A stretch of 64,000 nt of DNA from a virus. The position numbers and the translations under genes were made by a program. Shown in pieces: positions 35,414 through 44,703 of this stretch. Positions within the stretch are counted from its first letter, which is position 1. The number at the start of each line of letters is the position of its first letter. Under the pieces are notes generated by a model that did not search any database, was not told the DNA's origin, and saw nothing but the letters and a program-made list of their open reading frames with translations. The stretch covers positions 311-64,310 of IMG/VR virus record IMGVR_UViG_3300026291_000001; one strand, 5' to 3'.

Positions 35414-37308
35414 TGATCATAGTCCGGAACTACGGCCTTTTACCTCCCGATAATTGGGGAGACGATTGTCACGAACAGTTATTCATGATGAGCAAGTTCT
35501 GGAATCAGCTTGTTGAAATAGACCACGCCGACCGTGAGCGTTATCGCGCTATTCTTACCGAAGACCCGGAAGTAGCAACGCTGGAAGTCCGTCTTTTTGA
35601 AACATCCGAACAACTGTTAAGTTTATCGACCGAGCGTAAAAAACTCAGATCATCCGCGCGTTCTAAAAATGTGGATGACGGCCTGCTTGTGGAGCGGATT
35701 AAAATCCTGCGCGAGACTGAGAAATCAATCAAGGCTCAACTAAAACTAAGTAGGGCAGCGAAGCGGGAAGCGTCAAAACCTGCCTTGGATGCGCTTAATG
35801 AAGCCCATAAAGCCACCGTTAAACAGGCTCGGAAAACATGCGGCTTATTCTGGAGTAATTACAATGCCGTCCTTGAATCCTACCAGGCAGCTCGTACCAA
35901 GGCCATGAAAATAGGCGTCGATCTGCGCTTTCGAAGGTTTGACGGGTCCGGTCGCTTTGTCAATCAGGTTCAGGGTGGTATCGATGTCTCGGAGTTCATG
36001 CACGGTACTTATAGTATGGCAGGTATTGATCCCGAACTATTTCCGGTCCTTGGACGTAGCGGGAAAGACCGGCCACGGTTGCATATAACAGCATTTACAG
36101 GCCATGACGCAGAGGGTAAGCACTTTCGGCGCACCTTAAGCTTTCCTGTTATCCTGCACCGTCCGATACCAGAAGAGGTTAACGGGTATCCGGTACGCAT
36201 AAAAACGCTGACCGTATCAAAGAAACGAGTCAGCGCCGGACACTTCGACTGGAGCTTGACATCCTCCACCAACTTAAAAAGCGTGGATTCCCAAGTACAG
36301 CCTTTCATGCCCGAAAGGGATGACTCTGAAAGTCATCTTACTTCACCCCAGCCCGGAGTTAATCCTGATGAGGTGAAAATACGCAGCAACAGCGTACCCA
36401 ACAAATTAAGTATAGTACAAAACGCTTTTATTTATAGGTTGACCATTACCGCGACGACTGATGGTGAAGCGATAGCTAATGCAAGCCCGGTAGCGGCAGG
36501 CGTTAACCTGGGCTGGAAGCGGGAAGGCCAAGCCTTACGGGTTGCCACGATTTACGATAGCAACGGCGATAGCGAACATTTTAGACTTCCGGCCACGTGG
36601 ACGACTGCCATGGATTACGCGGAATCGCTACGCGGAGATATTGATGAAGTTACCAACTTAATGTTTACGGCGTTACTGGCGCAAAATATTGAATCGGAAT
36701 TGCTGACTAAAGCCAAGCGCCCACACCCTGCCTTAATTAACCGCTTTGCACGTGAAGCTGAAATACGGCCCATGCTACAGGCACATATTATTACCAAGGA
36801 ACTGGTTATTGAATCTATAGCTATGCTACCGGCGCTCAATGCGCTACCGTGTTATCTAGCGTGGTCACGTTATAAAGAGCGCGAGTTTAGCGGTTTAAGA
36901 ACCCGGCTACTTGGGCAACGCAAAGACTTATACCGGAACATTGCGGCTACATTAGCCAGTCGTTATTCAGTTATTGCAATCGACAATGCCGACTATGCGA
37001 AAATGGCCCGGTTGGAATCACGGGGCGGCGAGGAAAATGACTTGTTAAAGATTGCCCGGACGAACCGGTTCAGGGTATCTCCTTCTGAGCTGCGTTTGTC
37101 GATTGAGCAGGCGATAGCCAAGAGCGGCGGCGTAGTCGAACGGGTCGGACAGCAAAACGAATGCGCGAATTGTGGCAGGCCCGATAAACAAGATACAATA
37201 ATCTGGAAATGTGGGCATTGCGGGGCGGTGTATGACCAAGATGAAAACATGGCGAAATTGTTGATTCGTGGGTATCTTCCTGAGCAGTCAAAGGGTGCGA
37301 CAGGGTAG
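35413..37308 (+). CDS. cas12m: Cas12m (type V-M / V-U1)-like effector, predicted nuclease-dead
   Basis: 631 aa; YGLLPPDNW, long REC coiled coil, FWSNYNAVL...LRFRRFDGSGRFVNQVQGG, RuvC GVNLGW / IAIDNAD / YDQDENMA, zinc finger CANCG...CGHCG; repeats start directly after the stop codon. Confidence 0.85.
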   Translation: MIIVRNYGLLPPDNWGDDCHEQLFMMSKFWNQLVEIDHADRERYRAILTEDPEVATLEVRLFETSEQLLSLSTERKKLRSSARSKNVDDGLLVERIKILRETEKSIKAQLKLSRAAKREASKPALDALNEAHKATVKQARKTCGLFWSNYNAVLESYQAARTKAMKIGVDLRFRRFDGSGRFVNQVQGGIDVSEFMHGTYSMAGIDPELFPVLGRSGKDRPRLHITAFTGHDAEGKHFRRTLSFPVILHRPIPEEVNGYPVRIKTLTVSKKRVSAGHFDWSLTSSTNLKSVDSQVQPFMPERDDSESHLTSPQPGVNPDEVKIRSNSVPNKLSIVQNAFIYRLTITATTDGEAIANASPVAAGVNLGWKREGQALRVATIYDSNGDSEHFRLPATWTTAMDYAESLRGDIDEVTNLMFTALLAQNIESELLTKAKRPHPALINRFAREAEIRPMLQAHIITKELVIESIAMLPALNALPCYLAWSRYKEREFSGLRTRLLGQRKDLYRNIAATLASRYSVIAIDNADYAKMARLESRGGEENDLLKIARTNRFRVSPSELRLSIEQAIAKSGGVVERVGQQNECANCGRPDKQDTIIWKCGHCGAVYDQDENMAKLLIRGYLPEQSKGATG

Positions 37309-37311
37309 TGG

Positions 37312-37413
37312 TAAAAATAGCCTGCACAGTGGCTTGGTGACTGTGACGGCAAGTAATATAACTTACCTTATGGATGGTAATAACAGCCTGCACAGTGGCA
37401 TGGTAATTGTGAC
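37312..37413 (+). CRISPR. mini CRISPR array 1 (2 repeats, 1 spacer)
   Basis: Cores 37319-37347 AGCCTGCACAGTGGCTTGGTGACTGTGAC and 37385-37413 AGCCTGCACAGTGGCATGGTAATTGTGAC; 37 nt between cores. Confidence 0.88.
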
Positions 37414-37435
37414 GTATGTACATCGGCATAAACCC

Positions 37436-37495
37436 TAAGCGACACACCGTATCAGACTGTCGCTTAATTAACACACTGTTACCATCTGTTAATTA
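37436..37495. repeat. two abutting 31-bp inverted repeats (9-13-9)
   Basis: TAAGCGACA-N13-TGTCGCTTA and TAATTAACA-N13-TGTTAATTA. Confidence 0.7.
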
Positions 37496-37567
37496 GGCTT
37501 CGTAGGCATTGAATTAGTTGTACTTCTTTATTTAAAGCGCTATACTAATTAACACAATTAACGATAT

Positions 37568-38140
37568 ATGCTCAAATGTTATCATAAGATGAATATAGTC
37601 GAGGCCGCCAACAAGACCGAGATAGCGATGGTACATGGGTTACTGACTCGGAAGTACCCGCGCCTTTATGCTGATATTTGGAAAGTAGGCGTTAACCTGT
37701 CCTTGCGTATTTCTGATTTATTGGCGATAAAGTATGCCGATCTCAACGTCAGCAAACGTAGCCTAAAACTAATTGACAAAAAAACCAGTAAACCCAACGA
37801 AGTGCGCTTGAATAATACCGTGATGGATATTATTAACCAGCGCCGTAATGACTACCCCAATGATGAGTGGCTGTTTCAGGTCCACAGTTCTCGCGCTAAC
37901 AACAAACCTATTTCCAGAGTAGCGGTCGCCGTGGCTTTTAAAAAAGCGGGCGAACAACTAGGCTTAACCATCAATACCCATAGTATGCGTAAATCACGCG
38001 GCATGGCTTTATTCGAGGATGGTGTTCCCGTGGAAATGATAGCCAAGGTATTGAATCATACAAATCCCTTGCATACGTTAAGGTATTTAGGGATTACGAA
38101 AGAAAAAGTGTTAGCAACTTATGATCTGTATGAACTGTAA
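37568..38140 (+). CDS. tyrosine recombinase (catalytic domain only; resolvase/integrase-like)
   Basis: LSLRISDLL, KKTSK, THSMRKSRG, LNHTN...TLRYLG: R-K-H-R-H-Y set present. Confidence 0.9.
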   Translation: MLKCYHKMNIVEAANKTEIAMVHGLLTRKYPRLYADIWKVGVNLSLRISDLLAIKYADLNVSKRSLKLIDKKTSKPNEVRLNNTVMDIINQRRNDYPNDEWLFQVHSSRANNKPISRVAVAVAFKKAGEQLGLTINTHSMRKSRGMALFEDGVPVEMIAKVLNHTNPLHTLRYLGITKEKVLATYDLYEL

Positions 38141-38192
38141 TGCCGCTGGCTGACTAATCAGGATGAAGAACATACGCCATAACAATTGCTGG

Positions 38193-38513
38193 CTATTTTT
38201 GGGCTAGAGGGTTTGACGGGGTGAAAGCAAGAGCACAGGCATTCAATTGGCCTTTCATGGCCTCATCCCAAGTTTCATAGCGCCACTGTGAATCTTTATG
38301 TTTGCCGCCGAATATCATAGTTTCAAACAGCCAGGGCGGCCCTTTACTGGAATGGTTATGGTTCAGCCCGAGGAACACGGTGGACACACGGATACCATCA
38401 TGTTCTTCGACAGCCATAATCCGATCGTCGCTATCAATATATTCCGCCCATTCCAGCATTGTGCAAGGGACAGGTTTATGTCCGTCCAGCCTGAAAAATT
38501 GAGCTTGCATCAC
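38193..38513 (-). CDS. conserved phage hypothetical protein
   Basis: RVSTVFLGLNHN...PWLFETMIFGG...RYETWDEA pattern. Confidence 0.65.
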   Translation of the reverse strand: MMQAQFFRLDGHKPVPCTMLEWAEYIDSDDRIMAVEEHDGIRVSTVFLGLNHNHSSKGPPWLFETMIFGGKHKDSQWRYETWDEAMKGQLNACALAFTPSNPLAQK

Positions 38514-39418
38514 ACCACTTTCTGATAGCGATTATTCGACATCACTTTAACCAGTAATTGACCGGCGATAATCAACCGCTGCCAGGACCTTTTATAGCTC
38601 TCGCAGATAATCAACAGCTCGGCGACAATCTGCTCATCGTCATAACTGCTCATATCCTGCATGGCCAACAAATTTATAAGCTCGGCACGCGTCAGGTTTA
38701 CCTCGCTGCGTCGTTCAGGCGTATTGACTAAAGCGGGTTGCCAGACGGATGCTTCGGTAGTGGTAATGGGTTCAGTAAACGCTTTATCCAACTGTTCTAT
38801 ATCACTGAATACATCAACCTGGGCAGGAACAGGTTTACTCATTGCGACATTATTAACCACGGGCACGACATACCGGCCCCTTTCCGCAAGCGGTACTTTA
38901 TCAATATTATCAAGAACCGTCTGTGACCGTTGCTTGTTATAGCCCTCAATGTGCACGACTCTCAGCTTATCGATCATGGCCAGCACATCGTTATAACTTA
39001 TATTCTTGCGCTTGATGTCATGATAGAGATTGTCGGCAAATCCGGCGTTGAGCGTCCGGCTTAATTCATAAAAAACCGTCTTTCCGATACCCACCTTATT
39101 TAGATCGGTAATGTTATGCTTCTCGGCAAACTTACCCGCCAATACCATGCGGCTAATATTTTGAAAACTATCATCGATATTATATTTATCGCGCATGGTA
39201 TTGATATATCCTTCAAAGCCGTTTTTTCCTTTTTCAGAAAAGCGTTGGCTTAGTTCCCAATACAGACGCCATTTCACTAAAGCGGATTGGTTATCGACTT
39301 GTTCAATACGCTCCAGTAGTGCTTCCTTGTCCAGTTTCTTTATGCCATCCATGGAAAATATATTGACTGGCGTGCTGTATAAATCTTTTGTTTCTTGTAC
39401 AAAGGTATTTTTATTCAT
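38510..39418 (-). CDS. hypothetical protein
   Basis: 302-aa ORF, divergent from the Cro-like gene. Confidence 0.65.
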   Translation of the reverse strand: MNKNTFVQETKDLYSTPVNIFSMDGIKKLDKEALLERIEQVDNQSALVKWRLYWELSQRFSEKGKNGFEGYINTMRDKYNIDDSFQNISRMVLAGKFAEKHNITDLNKVGIGKTVFYELSRTLNAGFADNLYHDIKRKNISYNDVLAMIDKLRVVHIEGYNKQRSQTVLDNIDKVPLAERGRYVVPVVNNVAMSKPVPAQVDVFSDIEQLDKAFTEPITTTEASVWQPALVNTPERRSEVNLTRAELINLLAMQDMSSYDDEQIVAELLIICESYKRSWQRLIIAGQLLVKVMSNNRYQKVV

Positions 39419-39630
39419 TATTTTTTCCTTTTATAGCATAAGTAGTATATAGCTTACAGAGCTTATTGTTCATTTAAGCATAAAAATGAACAAATATAAA
39501 CAAGTACTATTTTTTATATATTTCTTGAACTTAAAACAACTTATAGTTGCCGTTAATCATCAGTTAATTAATAATACAACTGAGATTAATAATTAACTCT
39601 AAATGACTTAAGAATGACAGAGACAAGCTT

Positions 39631-39924
39631 ATGCTAAAGAGCGAAATGATTAAGTTATTCGGATCAACACAAGAAGATGCCGCCAAAGGGCTGGGTATAA
39701 CCCGATGCAATATTAGTAAATGGCCGGAAGTATTAACATGGTCACAAGAGCAAAAGGTTAGAGAGGCGTTAATACGCTTGAATAGTAAGTTACCGGATAA
39801 CTTGGATAGACGCAAACAGGAAATTAAGAGCGTCCCGGAAAAACCAGACGATTCTTTTGAAAAGGTTACAAACGAAATTATCGCTGTGTTTCAGTACTGC
39901 ATTACTAGCTATATTGTGTCCTGA
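39631..39924 (+). CDS. Cro-like HTH regulator
   Basis: MLKSEMIKLFGSTQEDAAKGLGITRCNISKW. Confidence 0.75.
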   Translation: MLKSEMIKLFGSTQEDAAKGLGITRCNISKWPEVLTWSQEQKVREALIRLNSKLPDNLDRRKQEIKSVPEKPDDSFEKVTNEIIAVFQYCITSYIVS

Positions 39925-40021
39925 TTTATCCACATTTTCTGTGGATAATTGCTTACAATTTAGCTCATGATAACACGCCGAATGTGCTTTACCGTCAGAT
40001 TGACCAGTTTTTATCCAAACC

Positions 40022-40258
40022 ATGCTCACGATCTATTATTTCAGGTTATCAACCAATGTACTGATCGGCTCGACCAATGAGAAGAAAATAAGGTTGCTCG
40101 CCTGTTGCAAGCCGGTTTTTAGTTGCGATATTGCAGATTTTAATAGACTGCATGGAAAGCTGATAAACAAAGACTGGAACGGCATGTATACAGCGGCCTG
40201 CGTGGAGCAATTAAATTTCAACCTGCCCAAACTGGGCTATCCGGTTTTCAACTGCTAG
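40022..40258 (+). CDS. hypothetical protein
   Basis: 78-aa ORF in the apparent operon. Confidence 0.35.
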   Translation: MLTIYYFRLSTNVLIGSTNEKKIRLLACCKPVFSCDIADFNRLHGKLINKDWNGMYTAACVEQLNFNLPKLGYPVFNC

Positions 40259-40267
40259 GACGACAAT

Positions 40268-40600
40268 ATGCACTCTCAAGCAAATTTAGCAAACGACCGG
40301 CTATGCCGTTTATTGATATTCACCCTGATGGCGGTTTTGTTACTCCTGTTCATTACCTCCTGCGCGATTGTCAGTTATAACGCTGCGCCGGATGGTACAA
40401 CTAAAGTTAATTTATATTCTCTGGGATCAGATAAAATCATGGAAGATTTTAAGGCGAGCATCAGTAAAACTGGCGAGAGAAACTTATCGATTGGTTCTTT
40501 TGACGCCAATCAAACAGAGGGCTTGAGACAAGTCAATGAAGGCATGAAGATGATTGTCGAAGGCGCGGCCAAGGGCACCGTATCGGGCTTGAAGCCTTAA
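40268..40600 (+). CDS. putative lipoprotein
   Basis: Hydrophobic segment ending LLFITSC. Confidence 0.5.
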   Translation: MHSQANLANDRLCRLLIFTLMAVLLLLFITSCAIVSYNAAPDGTTKVNLYSLGSDKIMEDFKASISKTGERNLSIGSFDANQTEGLRQVNEGMKMIVEGAAKGTVSGLKP

Positions 40601-41025
40601 TCCGGGAAAAACCCGTCATCAATAATCTGATCAAATGACCAGGGGCATGATTCCGGAAAGCTATCCAATCCGGTTTCTTTGATGGCTTTCATAATCGCAT
40701 CACCATAAACACCAGATAACCAGTCATCCTGGGTTAAATCATGTTTTAAACTGGGTGTTCTTTTAAAGCACCTTAGTATTTGCTTGCGCTGCTCCTTAAT
40801 GGTTCTTAGCCAGCTATTACCTCGCCTATCCGGTTGATAGTGCCATTTCAATAAATGGGCTATTAACAACGAGGAGCGATGCTCAAGCTCCAAATGATAG
40901 CTTGCGCCCATATCCAGCAGTTCCTCATAAAGGTTATCAATATCCAGGTGATCAAATTCACCGGCTTGCAAAAAGTTGGCTTGTTCCTTAGCCCAGGTCA
41001 GCACATCTTCTTTGTAGTCCATCAT
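40597..41025 (-). CDS. DUF29 family protein
   Basis: DYKEDVLTWAKEQA.FL...LDIDNLYEEL..MG...LLIAHLLKWHYQP...SW..TIKEQR. Confidence 0.85.
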   Translation of the reverse strand: MMDYKEDVLTWAKEQANFLQAGEFDHLDIDNLYEELLDMGASYHLELEHRSSLLIAHLLKWHYQPDRRGNSWLRTIKEQRKQILRCFKRTPSLKHDLTQDDWLSGVYGDAIMKAIKETGLDSFPESCPWSFDQIIDDGFFPD

Positions 41026-41294
41026 TCAAAATCCTCATCCGGCACAATCGCCACATCGCCCACAATGGTATGCGTGGCGTGTTCAGGATTCTTGCTACGA
41101 TACAGCGCCGTAGCTTTGGGATTTAACGGCAAGCCTTTAAGGTGCCCATCATCATCAACCAGCATGACGTGAACACGATCCGGCAGCAGTATTGAGTCAG
41201 TACAGTCAACATTAATTAGCTTTGCCAACTCCTTAAGGGGTTTTTGCCCTTCTATCTGGATCTCGGCGCCGTTACTGCGGATTATTTTTCTCAT
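41022..41294 (-). CDS. hypothetical protein (DUF3846-like)
   Basis: MLVDDDGHLKGLPLNPKATALY...IVGDVAIV. Confidence 0.6.
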   Translation of the reverse strand: MRKIIRSNGAEIQIEGQKPLKELAKLINVDCTDSILLPDRVHVMLVDDDGHLKGLPLNPKATALYRSKNPEHATHTIVGDVAIVPDEDFE

Positions 41295-41512
41295 TCCTGT
41301 ATCTCCAGGCGGCGCTCGATACGATCCAGGCGTTTATCAAAATTATCCAGGCGATTGTTAATTTTCGCTAAATTGACATGCAGGCAAGCTGTCGATTGCT
41401 CCAATGAGGATACCCTGGCGGTTAGCACATTCGCCTTTCTTTCGATACCATCTACTATCAAACGGATATACTGCAAGTGCTCAAGTACGATGTTGGTGGC
41501 TTCGGCTGTCAT
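41291..41512 (-). CDS. small coiled-coil protein (paralog 2 of 4)
   Basis: MTAEATNIVLEHLQYIR...RLDRIERRLEIQE. Confidence 0.7.
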   Translation of the reverse strand: MTAEATNIVLEHLQYIRLIVDGIERKANVLTARVSSLEQSTACLHVNLAKINNRLDNFDKRLDRIERRLEIQE

Positions 41513-41751
41513 TCCTGAATCTCCAACCTGCGCTCGATACGATCCAGACGCGCCAAAATACGCTCGTCAGTGCTTTGCAAACGAATTTGATCGGCATAGC
41601 CATCAATTACTTCGCGGCGAACCGATAGCATGGCGCGTTCAAGACTGGTCATTCTGGACTTCAAGTCACTCATACCTTCCTTTAATTCGCTTATATCAGC
41701 ACGCAATATGCGAAATTGTTCGAGCATCAAGTGCGCAATGTTGTCGGTCAT
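41509..41751 (-). CDS. small coiled-coil protein (paralog 3 of 4)
   Basis: MTDNIAHLMLEQFRILR...RLDRIERRLEIQE. Confidence 0.7.
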   Translation of the reverse strand: MTDNIAHLMLEQFRILRADISELKEGMSDLKSRMTSLERAMLSVRREVIDGYADQIRLQSTDERILARLDRIERRLEIQE

Positions 41752-41909
41752 GACAATTCCCTGATTGCAACTTTTAGAGCATCTCGTATAAACTCGTTCA
41801 ACGGAATACCTTTTTTATCTGATGCCTGTTTTAAACTCTCTTTAAGATAAATAGGCATGGTTACATTAACCTGTATAGATTTAGATGAAATTAGTCTTTT
41901 TTTTATCAT
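41748..41909 (-). CDS. ribbon-helix-helix DNA-binding protein (53 aa)
   Basis: IQVNVTMPIYLKESLKQASDKKGIPLNEFIRDAL; ATGA-coupled; not in the supplied ORF track. Confidence 0.6.
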   Translation of the reverse strand: MIKKRLISSKSIQVNVTMPIYLKESLKQASDKKGIPLNEFIRDALKVAIRELS

Positions 41910-42009
41910 AATATATAGTCATTGTTATAGTTAATGTTGCGCATACCTATATTTTAGCATACAATAGAGCCTCCCATCGAAAGAAAAATATTTCCAAGAG
42001 GTTTTTCCC

Positions 42010-42231
42010 ATGAACGTTGTATTTGACACCCAAGTTGCGGTCGTTGATTTAAAAGCCGCAGGCTTTGATAATGAACAAGCGGAAGCGATAGTTACCGTGC
42101 TTAAAAATGCACAGGCTGAACTGGCTACCAAGCGAGATTTGGTTGATTTAGAACAAAGATTAATTATTAAATTAGGCGTTGTAATATTTGTTACTTTTGG
42201 GCTTTTTGCATCATTGGTTAAATTATTATGA
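42010..42231 (+). CDS. DUF1640/CCDC90-like protein (paralog 2 of 3)
   Basis: VFDTQVAVVDLKAAGFDNEQAEAIV...LATKRDL...TM. Confidence 0.8.
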   Translation: MNVVFDTQVAVVDLKAAGFDNEQAEAIVTVLKNAQAELATKRDLVDLEQRLIIKLGVVIFVTFGLFASLVKLL

Positions 42232-42349
42232 AAATCCACTGTTACGCCAACAAAAAATGGCTGCATGATCTGGATTCGCGTTATCCGGTTAAGCCCGGCA
42301 AGATCAGGCAGATTTACTATTCCATCATCCTGTTTTTGGGAGTATTAAA

Positions 42350-43606
42350 ATGAGCACAGATTTATCAACCATCCTGGTCATCAACGATGTTGTTCCAGAC
42401 GATTTCTATAAAAATTCAAAGCACTACGAAGCACAACTTGATTTGGCTCTCGTTACAGCTCAAAGTCTTTGCCATGAACTATCCGATGATGGACGCAAAC
42501 GGGCCAAGTCAGATGTCGCGCTAATTCGCAAATATACTAGCGTTAGTAATAAACACGCTCTGTCTGTATTTCGTTCACTGACTGATAAGGTGCAAGCTTG
42601 GAGATCAGGCATAACCGACAAAACCAAAGCTCTTGACCTGGAAGCCGACGCCATCATGAGCCGCTTTGAAGAACTGGAAACCGCCAAACTAACCACTATC
42701 CGTAGCCTATTAACTGATACCCTAAACAATGAATGGAACGAACAGGACATTGATCCTGAGTTCCGTGTGGCCGATCTTGAACCACTGGTAAAACTAAACG
42801 GCACGTTAACCGAAGCCGGTAACTTAACCAGTAAAGCTAAAGACGCTATTCTGGGCATGGTTAATGAAAACCGGGTACGGCAACACAAGATTGAAAGCCG
42901 CCTGCTATTCCTAGAAAACCGTTGTCTACGCGACGATATTACGCCTTTGAGCAAGGGCCATTTGGGAAACTATTTATATGCGGAAGAAGCAGTATTTAAC
43001 GCGCAAGTGGATAAGCTGATAGAGGCTGAATTGGCAAGAATCAGTGACCTGCAAGCTCGCATCGAAGCCCGGACCCAAGCGGAAAATAAGCGCAAGTTGG
43101 ACGATGCTTTAAAAGCACAGCAACAGGAAGTCAGGGAAGCTGCGCGTATTGAAGCCGCAAGAGTCATGGAACAGGGCAGGCAAGCAGCGGAAGCACTTAA
43201 GGCGCATACGCAACAAGAAGCCCTGGCCGTTGACCGCGAGATTGAAAAGCAAAGTCAGGTAGCGCCAGTATCTAAAAACGATAACCGTACCGCAGCATGG
43301 TCAATTAACGATAGCAGCCTTACACCCAGAAGAACAAAGCCTGACCTGCAAAGCGTTAAATCCATACTGGAAGTCAGTGCGCCTACGCTACCTAAAGCCT
43401 TGCCTGAAAAGCGCACAGTGAAGGTTACAGCGGTGTTTAACTTCAATGGCATATCAAGCCGCGTCAGCTCCAAGGCCGTGGTCGATCATTTTATTAAACT
43501 ACTGGGTGACTGCCCAAAGCTAAAAGACGGGCTTGAATCCGCTATTTCTATTGATTTACTTGTTGGAGAGCAACATGAGCCAAGCGCACGCAGTAACGTG
43601 GGATGA
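42350..43606 (+). CDS. coiled-coil recombination-module protein
   Basis: Helical 418-aa protein upstream of the exonuclease. Confidence 0.55.
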   Translation: MSTDLSTILVINDVVPDDFYKNSKHYEAQLDLALVTAQSLCHELSDDGRKRAKSDVALIRKYTSVSNKHALSVFRSLTDKVQAWRSGITDKTKALDLEADAIMSRFEELETAKLTTIRSLLTDTLNNEWNEQDIDPEFRVADLEPLVKLNGTLTEAGNLTSKAKDAILGMVNENRVRQHKIESRLLFLENRCLRDDITPLSKGHLGNYLYAEEAVFNAQVDKLIEAELARISDLQARIEARTQAENKRKLDDALKAQQQEVREAARIEAARVMEQGRQAAEALKAHTQQEALAVDREIEKQSQVAPVSKNDNRTAAWSINDSSLTPRRTKPDLQSVKSILEVSAPTLPKALPEKRTVKVTAVFNFNGISSRVSSKAVVDHFIKLLGDCPKLKDGLESAISIDLLVGEQHEPSARSNVG

Positions 43607-44468
43607 GATCCCCGAGGATATTGTCGATCCTGAAAACGAAATAACCCACGATTCAACCGTATTAAACCAATGTCTGTTAGCAGGTGCAAAAGGGGTTGAT
43701 ATACCCAATACTCTATATCACCAGCTTGACGGAATTAGTGGTAGCGGTTTATCAATCCTGGCCGAGTCGAATAAGCATTTTGATAATAGAAGGTTGTTTA
43801 ATTTAGGCGAGGCACCCGCGTTAAATTTTGGTTCGCTCTTTCATTGCGCTTGTCTTGAACCAGATAGTGTAGAAGACCGCTATACAGTAGAGCCTAAGTT
43901 CGATAATCGGAGCCTTAAAGGAAAAGTACACAAGCTGGAGTTCATGTCCGAAAACAGCCATAAAATCGTCATGAGTAAAGCGGATATGGCCAAGGCTAAA
44001 GCCATGGCGCGTAATGTCCATGCAGTGTATGGCGATGTATTGGATGCCTGTATTAAGGAATGCTCCTGGTTTGTCGAGGTAGACGGATTAATCCTAAAGT
44101 CACGCCCGGATTGTTATGATCAGGTAACGGGCCATGATATTGACCTGAAAGCTATCTCGCTGGGTATTAAACCGTTTAGTAATCTAACCCTGGAACATCA
44201 CATTAAGAAGTTTAACTACCACTTGAGCGCGGCCTTGCGCATGATAGTCCGTCAAGAGCTGGGCCAAGTGGTAGGCAATTCTTACCTGTTGTTTTGCGAT
44301 ACCGGACCCGGTAATCGGGTTAGACTAATCCAGATCGCGCCGGAATGGTTGGCGGAAGCGGAAACGGTGGTGAGAGATTTACTGGATGGGCGCAGGTTTT
44401 ATTTGATGAGCAAGGTCGATAATCCGGTTACTGTTATTGATGATCGGAATAGGCAGTTTGGGGTGTGA
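43575..44468 (+). CDS. PD-(D/E)XK exonuclease (RecE/exonuclease VIII-like)
   Basis: YHQLDGISGSGL, FGSLFHCACLEP, LKSRPDC...IDLKA, YHLSAA. Confidence 0.8.
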   Translation: MSQAHAVTWDEIPEDIVDPENEITHDSTVLNQCLLAGAKGVDIPNTLYHQLDGISGSGLSILAESNKHFDNRRLFNLGEAPALNFGSLFHCACLEPDSVEDRYTVEPKFDNRSLKGKVHKLEFMSENSHKIVMSKADMAKAKAMARNVHAVYGDVLDACIKECSWFVEVDGLILKSRPDCYDQVTGHDIDLKAISLGIKPFSNLTLEHHIKKFNYHLSAALRMIVRQELGQVVGNSYLLFCDTGPGNRVRLIQIAPEWLAEAETVVRDLLDGRRFYLMSKVDNPVTVIDDRNRQFGV

Positions 44469-44703
44469 TTTTTAAGCGATAGCGCGATGTCTGATTTAAT
44501 CAGCATCCGCTTTCTGCTTTTGATGTGCTTTTAATATATCACGAATATAATCAGAGGGTGATATGCCTAAACTTAGTGAGCTGTTTTTAATTGATTCAAT
44601 TAACCAAATTGGCATAACAATATGTACGCGTTTGGATTCAATTTTATTTTTCATGTGATAAAAGATGTGTTGATATTATTTGTAAGTGTGCTAATATTAG
44701 CAC

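Noticed and set aside
41244-41753. 169-aa plus-strand ORF
   Set aside because: Antisense shadow of two coupled minus-strand coiled-coil paralogs.
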